Assembly: GCA_039621445.1 (NCBI GenBank)
Contig: CP154954.1
Span: 16,770,589-16,834,588 of the forward strand
Reading direction: 5' to 3'
DNA: 64,000 bases
Origin: Euglena gracilis
Lineage: Eukaryota
Shown: one piece after another, positions 11,506 through 29,400 of the stretch
Layout: the number at the start of each line of letters is the position of its first letter
Position numbering within the stretch: position 1 is the first letter of the stretch
Notes under the pieces: model-generated
What the model saw: only the letters and a program-made list of their open reading frames with translations
The model's database searches: none
Told to the model about the DNA's origin: nothing
Position numbers and translations under genes: made by a program

Positions 11506-14500
11506 GTTCGCCCCCATATGCCTGTTACGATTCGTCCAAACGATCCATAAACCTGAAATCAAAATCAAATCAAAAAAGACCTCAAATGACCAAAAAAAGG
11601 TTCAAAAATGACCAAAAGCGGCCAAAGCGGCTAAAAACAGTGTGGCCGAATGTGGACAAAATGGCTGAAAAGGCCAAACAATAGCCAAAAAAATGCCGAC
11701 ATCGCCTTGCATTGCCGTGCATCCCCAAAATCAAGAACCTCACCTTACACTCCACAATTACTGCATCGCCCTGCACCATCGAAGGTGGTTGCCCCCCCCC
11801 AGGCGCCCTGGACTCAATTGAACGTTAGGCCAGGGTGCCAACCATACGAAAAATAAGCCAAAGCGCCCGAAAATTGGGCGCAAAGTTGCAAATTAAGGCT
11901 GAAGTTTAGGGAGGTCAAGATTGCATGTGAGGAGGAGGGGGGGGCCAAGCGCCCGGGGGGGGGGGAGGGGCGAATGACCGAGGGGGGGGGGGGTACCAGC
12001 ACCCAAGGATTTCCAGCCAAGCCATGCAAGGAACCTGTGGGGCGGGCGATCGAGTCTTGGCCCGCAGACGCGAGAGCCAAAGCTATTACACACGCAACGC
12101 AGAGGACAAGCGACACGCGACTCGCAAAGCTTGCAGAGCTTCCGAGCTATAGAGCTTGGAAGCGTTATAGCTTCCAAGGCGCTACAAAAACAAGAGCGCG
12201 AAAAATTGGGGCCCTTGCTTCATCGGATGGGAACGCCAACAGAATGGTCCCGGGGCTTGGCCCGCGCCTGCAACTGCGAGTACTGCAGAACACAAGCCAC
12301 AAATGTGTCACCGGGGAAGGGCAGGGGAAAAAAAATGAGCGGGGACAGGGGTAGGACTGGAGCGTGTGTGGGTCGGACCCTCCAGCCCACTGTACAAAAA
12401 AATTTTACAGCTCTTTGCACCAGGAAAAAAAAAACTGGGCCTTGAAAAAGGCCAAAAAAGCGCACTTTTTGAAAAATTGGTCAAAACATACGGAGATAAT
12501 TTCATTTTCCCGGCGAGAAGCGCCGGAAAATTGTTTTTGGTTCCTGGGGAGGGATTTTAAAATGATCCTGCACTTGTGCAGGACCATTGGACATTTTGAA
12601 CAAAAAAAATTTTTTGCCTGTCCCACTAGATAGTTCTTGTAGGACGTCCCACTACTTATTACCCCCACTTAAGGAAGCACATTTCACAGTGATTCCGAAA
12701 ATGCACCCGAAACTTTCGGGTTTATCCCAACCCCCCACCCGCCCCCCCCCCCACACAGCCCCCACCCCCCCCACAAAGGCTAGTGGGGTGCCAATTTTTC
12801 CAGTATATGACATTTGTGGTCGAAGATAGGGGGTGTTTGTTGGGAAAAAGTTTCGTTGGGCCACCGGTGTCACTTTCGGTCATCTGGCCTCCCCTGGGGG
12901 GTGTAGAGCTCAAAAAAAAACCAACCTGTTAATCTGTAATCACCCATGGTGTTGAGGGGGGTGATAGGTTAGGCAGTGAGGAATCGTATGACTTTGTTGG
13001 CATCAAGATTGACATCAGGATCAAGCAGTTTCGTGACACCTTTTTTAAACCATCCACGACTTCTTCTCGCAGCCACGGTGAAAGCCCTGGGACCTCGAGG
13101 ACAATCGAGGTTGGGGATGGCGTTGCTTGCAGGCTGTTGTCCTTTTGAAAACACCGTTGGATTGCTTTGGCACTGAAGGTTGCTCGCCTGGAGGGGAGCA
13201 TCGGATATCTGCCAGTTGAGACACCCACCCAATTGTTTTGAAGAAAATGTGCCGGATGCACAGTACCCCTCCCCCCCCGTGCGTTTGGCCACCCTCCTCC
13301 TTACATGCAAACTTGGCCTCTGTAGAGATGGCATTTTGCACATGGCTGCCAATGTTCTTCACATGCAAACTTGGCCCCCCCTAAGGTTGGCCCCCTGGCC
13401 TTACCTTCCTTCATGGCCTGGGCCAAGCGCTCGGGGGGACAGCAAGAAGCAAAATTTGGCTAGACTGGCCGATGGTCCTGTCAGCCATTTCATGCAAAGT
13501 CTGTGTTGATGTGGTCTCGATGCTGCCAAAGCCGCAAAAAGCATCAAGTGTGTGTGTGTGTGTGTGTGTGTCTGTGTGTGCGTGTGTGTGTGTCATGAAT
13601 TTCACCGTTTTTGAATTTTTGATAAACAGGAACCGTTGAAGTCTTGAAGTCGTTCAAACGTTGAACTTGTGTTCCGTTCCTGGGGATTTGAAAAAAAAAA
13701 ACAGCCTTTTTGCAAGTCGCTTTAAAAATATGTGTGGTGTCGTTGTCAGGGAAACGGTGCCCCAGATAAGCCAGAGGGCAGCTGGCGGCAGACATGTATA
13801 CAAAATAAGCGACGGCAAGGCTCCCCGTCAACCAGTGCGACATGCGCAATGTGAAAATATCTTTCGCTGGTGCAACCAGGGGCTCAGAGGCGCAAGGCTC
13901 AGTTTCCACAAATGATCGCACACACACACACACACACACACACACGTATCAGCCATAAATCACCCTGGTAAATACTTTCAAGGTAAGCGAATGGTGGCGG
14001 GGAGGGGGCAAGGTCTACAACAAGGTCTTCGCGGTTTCTACCATTTTTGGAACTTTGGAACTTGTATTTTTTCAAAAAAAAATGCCAAAATAAGGGAAAA
14101 TGCAAGTTTCGGGCACCTGCTTCCTGGAAAATATTCAGGGCCTCTTTCGGCCATTTTCGATTGCTTTTGGCCACTATTGGCGTTTTGGCCACTTTTGGTG
14201 CATTTTTTGGCCACGTTTTCCTTTGGCCACTTTTAACCCATTTTGGCCATTTTAGGGACAAATATGTAGATCCATATTATGGATCAACAACTATAAGCAG
14301 CCAAAAGTAGCCAAAATCTGCCAAAATGGTCAAAGGCGCCCAAAGGGCCAAATATATCTAAAATCAGCCAAAAAAAGGCTAAAAATGCCAAAAAAAAATG
14401 CCCCCAAAAATGGCCGAAAATGGGTCAAAAAAAAAAGAACGACAAAGGCCAAAAATAGCCAAAAATGAACAAAAAACGGCCAAAAGTGGTGAAAATGGCT

Positions 14501-15319
14501 TAAAATATCGAACGTTGACAGAAAAAAAAAATCCGTTCATCACCCTGCCGCCTGCAACAGAACCCAAGCTTTGGCCCAAGCTTGGGAGATGCTGCATCAT
14601 CAAACGTGCTTGGTCGGGAGGGATGCGCCTCCAGAGGGGTGATATATGTGCCAAAGATCCAGCTGAACAATCATCTCTAAGGTTATGACAGTCCCCTTTC
14701 TGTCAAAACAACGTTCCAGAAGCCAAAAATTTCAAGTCTGGACGATTGATGGGTGGGTATCCTCCTTTCCATCACTCTTAAGCTTTTCAGAAAGCCAGAA
14801 GATCTACCGCCACAGAGTGTGGGCCGAGAGGTGCCTTGGGCTGGTCATTCCAGTGTGGTGGAACAGCTACACAAAGCCACCTGGCATCCAGAACACACAC
14901 ACGCACGCACGCACGCACGCATGCGCGCGCACGCACTCGCACTCGCACACCATTGACACACACCAGCACAGGGAGCAACCTGCAGTGTGCACACATGCTG
15001 CTTGTCCGGGCTGCACAAGTGTCCGCTGCCCCAACCTTGTGCATTATCCATTATTTCTCAAATTATGGGCAATTTATACACTGATTTGTTTTTTTTAATT
15101 TTAATTTTTCAGCTTGAGTTTTCTGATGTGAAAAAAGAGCAGATATGGAAGCATAAACGCCTGAATGGCCAAGCCTTCACAAGGGCCCCCCAGAGGGTGG
15201 GTCGAACTGAACTGGCACTAGCTGGAAAGCCTCGCTGGAAACAAAAATACTTCAGAGTCGCAGCTGGCTGCAAAAAAAAAAATTGTTCCTGGTGGTCGCA
15301 ATAAAAAAACATAACAATG

Positions 15320-15810
<491 letters not shown>

Positions 15811-16979
15811 TGTTCTGATTGTGCAAAAAAATGTATGGTTTTGCACAATGAATCATGTTATGTGTACGTTTGGGGGGGGGGTCGTGCTGAGTGAACACCC
15901 TGCTGGAGGCGGGGTTCTCATCTACTTTTGCCTATTTTCTCTGTTTGCAATAAAACTGGGTTGAAAAAGTGACTAAAATGAGGAGAATGCAAATTCTTGT
16001 AGGAACTGGGGGGGTCAGAACTAGGGGCGAGCAACAATTGCTCCCCCCCCCTGGCAACCGTAGTACCGTTGTTTTCCTCACTTTTTGTCTTCCACGCTTG
16101 CAGGAAGGCGAAAAGCGCAACAGGACCCTCAAAAAACACGATGCAAATAAATCAAAAATAAACATAAAAAATGCAAAAAGAAACAAAAATTGCATGTAAA
16201 ATCCTTTACAGAGCTCCGGAGCTATGGAGCTCCCCCCGAAATGCAATTTCTGCTTGAGGGGCTCAATTTCAGCTTCGTCGGGGCAAATTTTTCATTTCGC
16301 ATAAGGATACGTTGGCCAAAAATTGCAAAATTGGGAAAATTGGGGGCAAAATGAGGAATTTTTCATTGTCCAAAAAAATCCATCAAAATCGAAAAAACGC
16401 TTCAAAAAAAGGAAAAAAAACACAAATTTTGTCAAAATCAAAAAACACAAAAGAAAAATGCAAAAAAAAGCATTCCCCTCCTGCACAATTGAAAACGAGC
16501 ATTGGGTGACCAACGTTGGGGTGCTTTACTTACATTCACAATTCTCAGCGGGTTATGTCCAAAAAAAAGCGTCAAATTCAAATGGCCCAGGGCAAGGTTG
16601 CACTTTGAGGTCACAGCGTATAGGGACGTCAATTTTGCAAATGCAAATAACCAATTGACAATTCTCCGGAAAAACCTGTTTTTTTTGCGACAACCTTAGA
16701 TGTAGAAAATGAAGACCTTTTCTGCATTTAAATCCCGGCCCCAATGCGTGCTTTCAACCGAATTCTTATTCACAATTAAAATTTAAACTTCATAACTGGT
16801 TGTGCATGCCAAAATTTGGCAAAATCGACAGAAAAACTTCTGGAAATTTGTGAGATACACCAAAATATTTGCAACGTGAGTACGGGTGAGGGAGTCATGT
16901 CGCGCGTTCTTTAAAGACTGGGGAGGGGGGTCCCCTGAAGCATCCAATCTCCCCCCTTTTGGGAGGCAATCCGCCTGGA

Positions 16980-18760
16980 GGTGTACCTGGTCTGACCACA
17001 TTCCGCACAAAGGGCCACTCAGTAAACCTGCCTCACCACACTATCTGCCCAACGTCGAAGACGCCTGGATAACGCCACTGCTTTGGTGCGTCTTCATCGG
17101 TCAAACAGGAAGGCAGCACTTTGCAGGCCACAGGCAGCTGTAGCGGACACCAGGAGGGGGGTGGGAGAGGTTTGGTTTTGGGGTGCCACCGAGGGCGACG
17201 GGAAGGTAATGCGGGGCCAGCCATGCCAACAAACCGGCGTCCCAGTTGCCCAGGCCAGGTGACTGGCATGGATTCACCCACCTTCCCCTTGAGAGGGTGG
17301 GATTTAAACTGACCCCCTGTAAAATTTCTGGACCAATCTTTTTTGGCACCTTGGCAGTATCCAAAAAAAAAATCATGGATCAATTCAACGCGCTTTGTGG
17401 AAAAAGCAATTTGGTGTCAAATGGCTTCTATTCAGAGGACAACAAAAAATTATAGAATTTCGGATCAGAGTTGCCCATCAGACTTTTTGGAGGAAACAGT
17501 TTGTCAAAAAAAACAACTAAAAAATTGCTGTGAAAAGCCAATAGGGAGAATCTGTCCAGTTTGGTGGGATCTCTGGGTATCCTGTGGGATTTGATGCAGG
17601 TGATGGTGTCTGAGAAAGAATCCTGTTTGGGTCACTGAACCCCCCCAAGACTGAGGTGCACTCAGGGTCAATACAGTCGGGCCGGAAAGAATTCCGATTT
17701 CAGACAATTCATTTTTGGGGGGGGAGTCGATGTCCCCGAGGAGTTGCGGAGGTCCGTAGAAACAACCTCACATTGATTTTTCCACGGACACTATCTGCAT
17801 CTGCCTGGTGGCATGGACGACCGATCTACCTTCTCTACCTTCTCCTTTCCTCCAAAAAAAAACTGACCTGCTGATTTTGCGCAATTCTGATGAGAGGCTT
17901 TTGATACCCCCCCCCCCGTCAACTTTGCGACGGACACAAACCCAAGGTATCGCAAGGCCCCACTAGTGCCTGATACTAAATGCCTGACCTTGCCTGCGGT
18001 GGCCTGACTACCGTGTCGACATGGTGGTGCCCTGTTTTATGTTGGTGTGACATAACAAGTGTGGCCCACACTGTCCATCGGATGGGGAGAGGCCAAAAGC
18101 AAGTAATCGCAGAAGGGAGCCAACGTTGCTGCCCAGAATCCTCGGAAAGGAGATTTCCCCTGCAGATTCGAGCCCTTTTCCGTGACCCTCCATGAATTTC
18201 AATTAATTTCCTTTTCAGGAAATGGGAGGATCCCTGTGTTTTTACGCTGTTGAGAAACGATTCTCTTCGTTTCACATCATCACCAAAAAGGAAAAATTAC
18301 TTTTCCTATTACAAATCACATCACCAGAAAACTTAAAAACGCATGGGGGTAGGCGAAAAAGAATTAGCCTCCTCTATAAAAAAACTGGTGACTTAATTCT
18401 GAGGACATTCGGAGGAATCGTTTCTGATTGAAGCGAGCAATGCTTCCGCGTGAGCAGCGTTCAGTGGTGGTCCTACCCATCTCGGCATGCCAACTGTAGG
18501 TTGCGTGCTGGTCCGCTTGCATGGAGGCAAAAAAAAACAGCGCACGAACGTAGAAATTGAACATCACAAGTATTAGCAAAACCTTTTTCGTAATTGCTGA
18601 TGAGTTGGGGAAAGACTTCAGATCGGGTGGCTGATGTTTCTTTGGGTGAACATATGGAAAAGAATTTTCATTTTCGCCGAAATTCTGGTGACACCACTTT
18701 TTAGAAAGTACACTGCCATCGTCCAGAATCAAATATGTCATATCCGAAGAATTAAAGCAG
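16980..18760 (-). pseudogene. Degenerate hAT-like transposase relic interrupted by MITEs (duplicated at ~20780-22570)
   Basis: Minus-strand peptides occur in hAT order: PARNLQLACRD (~18480-18510, resembles CxxHxLQLA), VDTVVRPPQARSGI (17979-18020), VVHATRQMQ (~17800), SPYWLFTAIF (~17530) and LPVACKVL (~17120). Stops and frameshifts present. Confidence 0.5.
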
Positions 18761-18814
18761 ACAACACGCCATTCCTTTCCCCGTCCAGCCTCACCCCTGT
18801 GAATGGAACCCGAA

Positions 18815-22615
<3,801 letters not shown>

Positions 22616-23329
22616 AGAGCAAATCCAGGAAAACCAAACACTGTCAACAGTCCAGACAAGGGGACAGTTGGTGCAGCAAAAGCGTTAAAAAACCACCGGC
22701 CGTGCCATCCACAAGGGGGGGGTTTCAGGCCAGGAGACAGCATTTTGCAATCTGGAGAAGCAACCCTGCCATCCTCTCTCTCTGCCTGTGGTGTGAGTTG
22801 ACCGAGTCACAATTGGCCAAGGGGCCAAACTGTGCGACTGTGTGTGTGGTGACTGCAGGCGAGAGGGCTGCGAAGTGCCCGCTAGGCGGGAACCCCACGC
22901 CAGTTAATCCTAACCAGGCCACTGAGGCCCGGGTTTGGCTGCGCAGGGCAGGCTCCAGACCGTTGGGCAGGGGGGTGCTTGACCTGGGTTTGGGGGGCAG
23001 GGGGTGGTGTTGGGTGCCGGGCAATCCAGACTCAGTCGACTGGGCCAACCCGGAACCCGGAGGCAGTTGGAAATTCAGTGCCAAATACATGCACAATTTC
23101 TGAGGCACAATGGTGCTGTAGCAAACCCCTCAGTGTGCCTCAGGTGGAGCCCAGGAGCTTGATTCTGACCAACCCTGGGGTGAGGATCAGAATTCCGGGT
23201 GCTGCCAGGGAGGCACCCCCCCCCCAGTTGCACCTTCTACCTTCTACCCCTTGAAATTTGAACGCCAAAATATGGGTGAAATGCAGCCAATAAGACGCCA
23301 GTAAATGAAGGCTTGCACCTTAATGTCGA

Positions 23330-25480
23330 GCCTGATAATAAATTTGGCTGTGGGAGCATCCAGTTGTTCAAATTTTCAGCAGTCATTTTTCTGGCCCACG
23401 TTAATGTCCTGACGTGTTTCAGTTCAAACCAAAACAATGGATAAAAAAATTCCCGCAGACAGAAGCCATCACTTCAGCATGGGGGAGGGTGACAAACGAG
23501 TCAGTCGCTCAGGGATTTAAAAAAAAAACTCGGTCAGCCACCTCCCTCACGTGAAAATACCCAGTTGAGAAAATACACCCCAGGGTGGGTGGGCTCGCAG
23601 ACAGCCTGAGGAAGCAAGCCTCAGCAAGCTGGAAAGCGTTGGGAGGATCTCACGCCATCCTTTCCTGCCCCTTGGTTCCACCTTCACCCAGCCTCCCCAC
23701 CCCGGAAACTGTCCCCGGACAAATCAGCAAGCACCGATGTAGGAGGCAGGTCGGCAAATACGGAGGGGGGGGGGTGGGGCTGGGTAAGAGGGAAAAAAAA
23801 AGTCAAAAAGACTTCGACCGCCGGCAGAAAGAAAGTCCGACAACAAAATTTTTCGCAAGTTTGGGATAAGCTTGAAAGCAATGTTCGGAGTTTTTTTCAA
23901 CTCAGGAATCTGCTTCTTCGACAAGAAAAAAGTGAAAGATTTCAAACAATCGTTCGGAGACAAGGTGCGGGGAGAGAAGGACAGGTGCCCCCAATAAAGA
24001 CAGGTTGGCGAATATGGAGGGAAGAATATAGGATCCCTGGGGGAATCCAACCTCAGATTCTTTCAAAGGAACTTCATTGAATTTTGACCTCGACATGTTG
24101 GCCAGTACCTGGGGACCTGGCAGTTTCGCTGGTGGGCTGCTGACAGGTTTTCGGTCATGACAGCTTACTGAGAAGGTGGTGGCAGTCAATTCTTCGACGC
24201 ATTTCTAGAAGCGTCTTTCTGCAACCAAGCACCAAAAATTTGGAAATTCTGCATCATTCCCTTGCTTCAACTTTACAACTTCAACCCTGAATGGGTTGGT
24301 AAAAAAACCTCACGGACATTTTTTCTGCAAAACCGCCCACCGCCACCCCCATTTCAGGTCTGGTTGAAAGGAAGGAGGGCGCTTAAAAGGCATGGGAGAG
24401 AAAACATATAACAGGGCCATGACAGGCATGCATGTGAATGAGCCGCGCGTCAGGGAGGGGTTGAACATTGTACAGCAGCTCTCCACTGGACCAGGTGTAA
24501 GCTACATCCCCACAGGGAAAAATTAGGGGGGGGGGATGGGAAATTCCGGGCTGGGGGGTTGCGATAGCACAACCCACCCCAAAACCTAACCCCGAAAGTG
24601 CCCTACCCCTCTGCCTGCCCAGAGCAACCCCCGGGGGGGGTTCGTCCTGTTATAAAAAAAAAAGTGCTTACCTGTACCAGTGGGGGAGGTCAGGAGCACC
24701 TAGCCAATTTTATTGCAGAACTACTCAACCCAGGCGCTGTCGGAGCTGCAGCATAGTGTAGACGAATCAAAATACCTGACCTAGCTTGAGCTGGGATGGT
24801 GTCAACTTCTGCCTCAACGCTAGTGTGCCGGCGTCTATTTTCTGTTGTTGTGTTGTGTATTGCCTCTTCATTGACGAATGACCCTTCCAAAATTTTTCAA
24901 GGAAGCTTGAACCTTCCCCCAGGGGGTGGGTGGCACGGGGTGGCATGGCAGGGGGTGGGCGATTTTGACGGTGTCACAATTTGGACCTTACACTGGCATC
25001 GATTCTGTGTCTGTTGCAGGAGGATCAAAGGAGCTTATGCATAGTGCGTGGGTGAAGAGCAAGAAAAAAACAACTTTCTGTTTCATTGGCCTCACAATTA
25101 CGGGATGCGATCAGAACAGCAATGGGTTTCTTCTTTCACTAAAAGCTGGGTTGAACAGACTGACTATTCATTTGCAACTGAACCACTGCGGAAATGCTGC
25201 ACGACTCACCTGGTGCCACGTCCAATCTTGACTGCAAACCATCCGGCACCCTTTGAAACCTGGCACGTGTACTCCACCACTGTTTTGTCAAAATGCTCGA
25301 GCTTCTGTTGTTAAAATCATTATTTGGGGTTGCAACGAGTAGATTTTTTTCCACGCATCCTGAGTAATTGTCCCATCATGCAAATTAAGCTGAGATGGTG
25401 CCAAGTCGAACACTCTTATTCTGTTGTGTCGGCAAAAGTTCTCTGATGCGATAAAATCCATGTTCCTTTGCGCAATTGCG
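23330..25480 (-). pseudogene. Degenerate hAT-like transposase relic spanning the first catalytic-D region to the C-terminal dimerisation region, split by insertions
   Basis: Minus-strand motifs in order: GTITQDAWKK and NLLVATPN (~25330-25380), FTHALC (~25045), VDTIPAQARSGIL (24768-24806), KKQIPELKK..IAFKLIP (~23865-23930) and ELKHVRT...RKMTAENLNNWML (~23350-23428). Confidence 0.6.
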
Positions 25481-25554
25481 CAAAGAACATACCACAAACA
25501 TTCTAATAAGAATATACAATTGTTAAACTAACACACTGAACTACTTGCTGTTTG

Positions 25555-26400
25555 GGCACTGCAAATTCGGTAATGATGTCGCAAGGCAGCCAGTCCCGCC
25601 GTCGTGGTATGTGGCCTACTGCCTCTGCCAAAATGGGGAAGATCCTGGGCAAATGCGTCCAGGACCACTACGTGGAGAGCTGTGAGGTGTTCGTGGCCAA
25701 TGCCCAGATGACCCCTGCTGAACGTAATCATCCAGATGCCCACCCGGGTCCTGCGGATTACCAACGGCGCCTGCTGGGAGCACCTGCTGGTGGGGTTGTG
25801 ATGGCAGCCGTGACTCCACCGGACAGAGTTGCTGCTGCGGGATGCCCAGGTCCTGTACCGCAGAGTGCGCCACCACAATTGCCGTATGGTGCAGCAGCCT
25901 ATCATGGCCCCTGAGGACGGCCAGTGCAGATGAAGGAGTCTATCAGCAGATACCTGAGTCCCAGCAGCATCCACCCGACTGAGCCTGACTGAAATCGGTG
26001 GTCACGAGGAGCGAGCGGACGGATGTGTGGTGGAACTGCAGCAGCAGATGGCGGGGAAAGCCTGCGTGCTGTGGTACGACAACTTCTGGAAGCACCAGAT
26101 ACTGTCCAACCCTTTCAAAACCATCCACACCCAGGACTGCACTGCCATCGTGGACATCGTGCAGCCAACCCTGCTGGCCATCCCGGAGTACCCAAAGTCC
26201 CCTCTGTGGGGGGGTGAGCTGTGCTGCATCCCGCTTGTGGCCAGGCGCCTGGTGCAGTCAGTCTGGCAGACTTCGTGCTGCATCACCAACAACGCATTGT
26301 GCCTGCTGGATGAAAAAGCGTGGACGCTCCCAATCCGCAGACTCAGGACTGTTTGTTTCGTCTTTCTCCTGCTGTGTGCCGTGAACACAATGATTTTCAG
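25555..26400 (+). pseudogene. Degenerate coding-like segment (..KACVLWYDNFWKHQILSNPF..), probably a transposon ORF; may continue at ~28440-28720
   Basis: GC3-rich coding-like composition with broken frames. Bracketed by the palindrome TTTGCGCAATTGCGCAAA at ~25467 and ~26448. Confidence 0.35.
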
Positions 26401-29400
26401 TGGATTCTAGCAGAATTGCAGATGGCAAGCTTTGTGGTATCAATTGGTTTGCGCAATTGCGCAAAGTCTTCACAGGCACCGTTTGTGTAATTGCGATTTC
26501 TAATATTCAACAAGTGTTAGGGTTACGGTTAAGGCAACAGTTCAGGTAAGGGATAGCTCCACAACAAAATCTGAATCCTGCCATTTTGGTTGCCTCCGCG
26601 GAGCCCCCATGTAGGCTCCGGGTAACCAGCCTCCGTGAAGACTCCAAGTAACCAGCCTCCACAGAGGCTCTGCAGAGGCTCCGCAGAGGATCCGGGTAAC
26701 CAGCCTCCGTGGAGGCTCAGGTAACCAATTTGCCAGACCATGGTAGGACATGGAAATGAACGGGGAAAAAAATGAAAAAAAACTGGCACACAAAAAATAC
26801 ATTTGAGCCTTACCTTGCACAGAATAGCGATGTCATTTTTATTTGGGGGGGGGTCCGGGGGGGCCACTCTCCCAGGCGAGGCCGTTGTCAAAAAATGACG
26901 CAAAAAAGGTGCCCACAAAAAGTGATTTGTATGCCAGAAAAATGGCATTGATTGAGGTCCAAATGTGGGGTGTCAGGGGGTGACAGGGGAGGGGTATGTG
27001 GGGGGGGGGGCAGTAGTGGGGGGGATGTGAGGTGTGGGGGGATGTGGGGGGGGGGGGTACTTTGGGTGATCCACTTTACGCCATCTCTCACTTTGCGGTA
27101 AAAAAAATTTTCGCCTTCGACTTCGAAACTTCGAGCCAAAAATAATAATAATAAAACAGCAAAAAAATTCCCTCAAGGGGGTACCCACTCGGCCAGACTC
27201 TCCCTAAGGGGAAATGGGTCCGGCGGACCACCCTCCCTGAGTCCAATCTTCAAAAAAATCCCTGATTTAGGAACGAAGCCGAATTTACAACCCGCCCTGC
27301 AGCCGTCCAAATTCAACTTGCCAGCTGGTTTCTGAATCAGGGTGAGGATGATTATGCCATGGATTAGATAGAGTAAATGTGGCGTCGACCGACAAGCCTA
27401 ACCGTAACCCTAACCCTGGCTCAAACCAAACCCTAACCCGCCTTAAGCCAGGCCGCCTCCTGCTGGTGATGATTAATCGCCCTTTTTCTGCAATGGAAAG
27501 CAATACTCTTCCATTTACTTGGAAAATTTCTTCCACTTTTCACGCTTTTTTGCCTTTGGAAGAGTTTTTCATTTGCATGGTCTTTTGTGTTTTTCCCTTT
27601 TATTAATTTCCCCCATTTTTTCATTTTTTCGTTTTTTGCATTTCTTAATGATATTATTTTGAATTGTTTACCTCAAGATTTTAGAACACCTCTGCACTCT
27701 TTTTTTAAACACAGGCCCAATGAATTATCCCTGAGGACGTCCAAACAGGCAGATACAGACACCCAGACACACATGTTAACAAGCAAACATCCAGCCAGAA
27801 ATGTGAAAATCCGTGACTTTTTTTGGGGGGGAATAATGGTCAAAATGGCATTCATTATTTCATTATTTCATAAAAATTGCAAAAAAAATCAGTTTATTGT
27901 GATTTTGCAAGTACTAAAAGCCTTCAGAGACCCCCTAACAGAGATGGGGAGCTTCATAGATCAAGGTTACAATGGGGGGGGGGGGGTGACGCCCTCACCA
28001 TAGCTAGAATGGACCGCACATGGTGAGAGCTGCCCTAGATTCACCATATGCAGTGTGTGTTTGTGTGTTGTGCGTGTGTGTGTGGATAAGACTCCTTGGC
28101 AGCAACCATCCTGTGGCTGCCGACTCCTGCTGGCGATCAGGGATGGGACAATCCAAAGCAAGAGCAGACCCTGAAACAAACGAGGAGAGTGGGGCAACCT
28201 GTGAATGTCCAATGCTCTCGTGCAATAGGGGCTCCTTAGGAGTGAGGAGCGGGGAGTGTCATAGACCAGCCGTGTCAAGGACAAGGGGGGGGGGGGCAGG
28301 GGATAAAAAGTGGGGGGTTCACAATGAAGTTGACAGGTTCCTTTGAAGACAGGTTTGCGGGCCCAGAGGGTACAAGGCAGTTTCCTGGGTTGGTGCACTA
28401 ATGGCTCCCCACCTTCCACACAACCATCCCAAATCGCCTCTCAGACTTGAGAGTGGTGGAACGACGCTTTGTCAGGCAGTTGCGACTGCTCCAGGTAGCG
28501 CCACTGCGGGATTACAGAAATATGGTTTGGCATCGAATGATACGATATAAAAATGCTGCGATGGAACGCTTTTGGGGCGTATTTCATTGGCCTTCTCACA
28601 AATGAAATCCTGGTGAACTGGTGGCCGCATCCACTGCGAACACTCTACTTGAACCTCATTGAGCATGCGTACCAGTTGCGGACGTTGAACCGCGAGCAAG
28701 TATTGGCAGGCTGAAATGCAGGTACTGGATGGGCTTCTTTGGGGGGGGGGGGTAGACCCTGGGGTTTGACATGACCTGACTCTCAGGCGGTGCTACTCAG
28801 TTCTAAGCAGTCGCAAAAGCCTGCCCAAGCGCTCCACCAGTGCTCGCAACTCTGGGAGGTGCGTCGGCATGGTTCTGTGGGGTGTGGGGTGCCATTATTT
28901 TTCCCACGATTTTCAGGAGATTAAAATTTTCTGGGCACGTGGGTATGAAAATTACCAGGCACACTGGAGACAATCACATAGTTTGCCTTTTTTTTAATTT
29001 CACGATTTAATAATAATTAATAATTAATTAATAATGATTACTGTTTTAACCTCGTTTTTTCAAAGTATTTTTGGCCTCCAAATATGTGATTCCGGCTTTT
29101 GTCGACACCACCTATCCTTTTCTCAGGCCATTTTTTTGCTCAGCCAGTCTTCTACAACTCCAATTTTCCACGCCTGGTATGAATTTTTGCGAAAGAGCAC
29201 CCAACTCCCAAGCAAAGTAAGCCACGATAGATGCTAAGATGATGTGGGACTTTTGCAGGTGACCAGAGCTTTGGGTTCAAAAAACTAGGTTTCCACAAAC
29301 CTGGTGCACCAGGAGGCCTTCAGATGGAAAAACACGATTCCAAGTAATTGGTCAAAATGCTAGTAATTGTGGGACCCCCCCACAAGGACCAGTGAAAAAA

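Noticed and set aside
12975-13040. YDFVGIKID resembling a reverse-transcriptase motif E
   Set aside because: No upstream YxDD or other RT motifs visible; a single short match.
23550-23585. Minus-strand VFSQLG resembling the hAT ERxFS motif
   Set aside because: Lies in a repeat-like insertion, and a better-fitting continuation exists at ~23428; probably coincidental.
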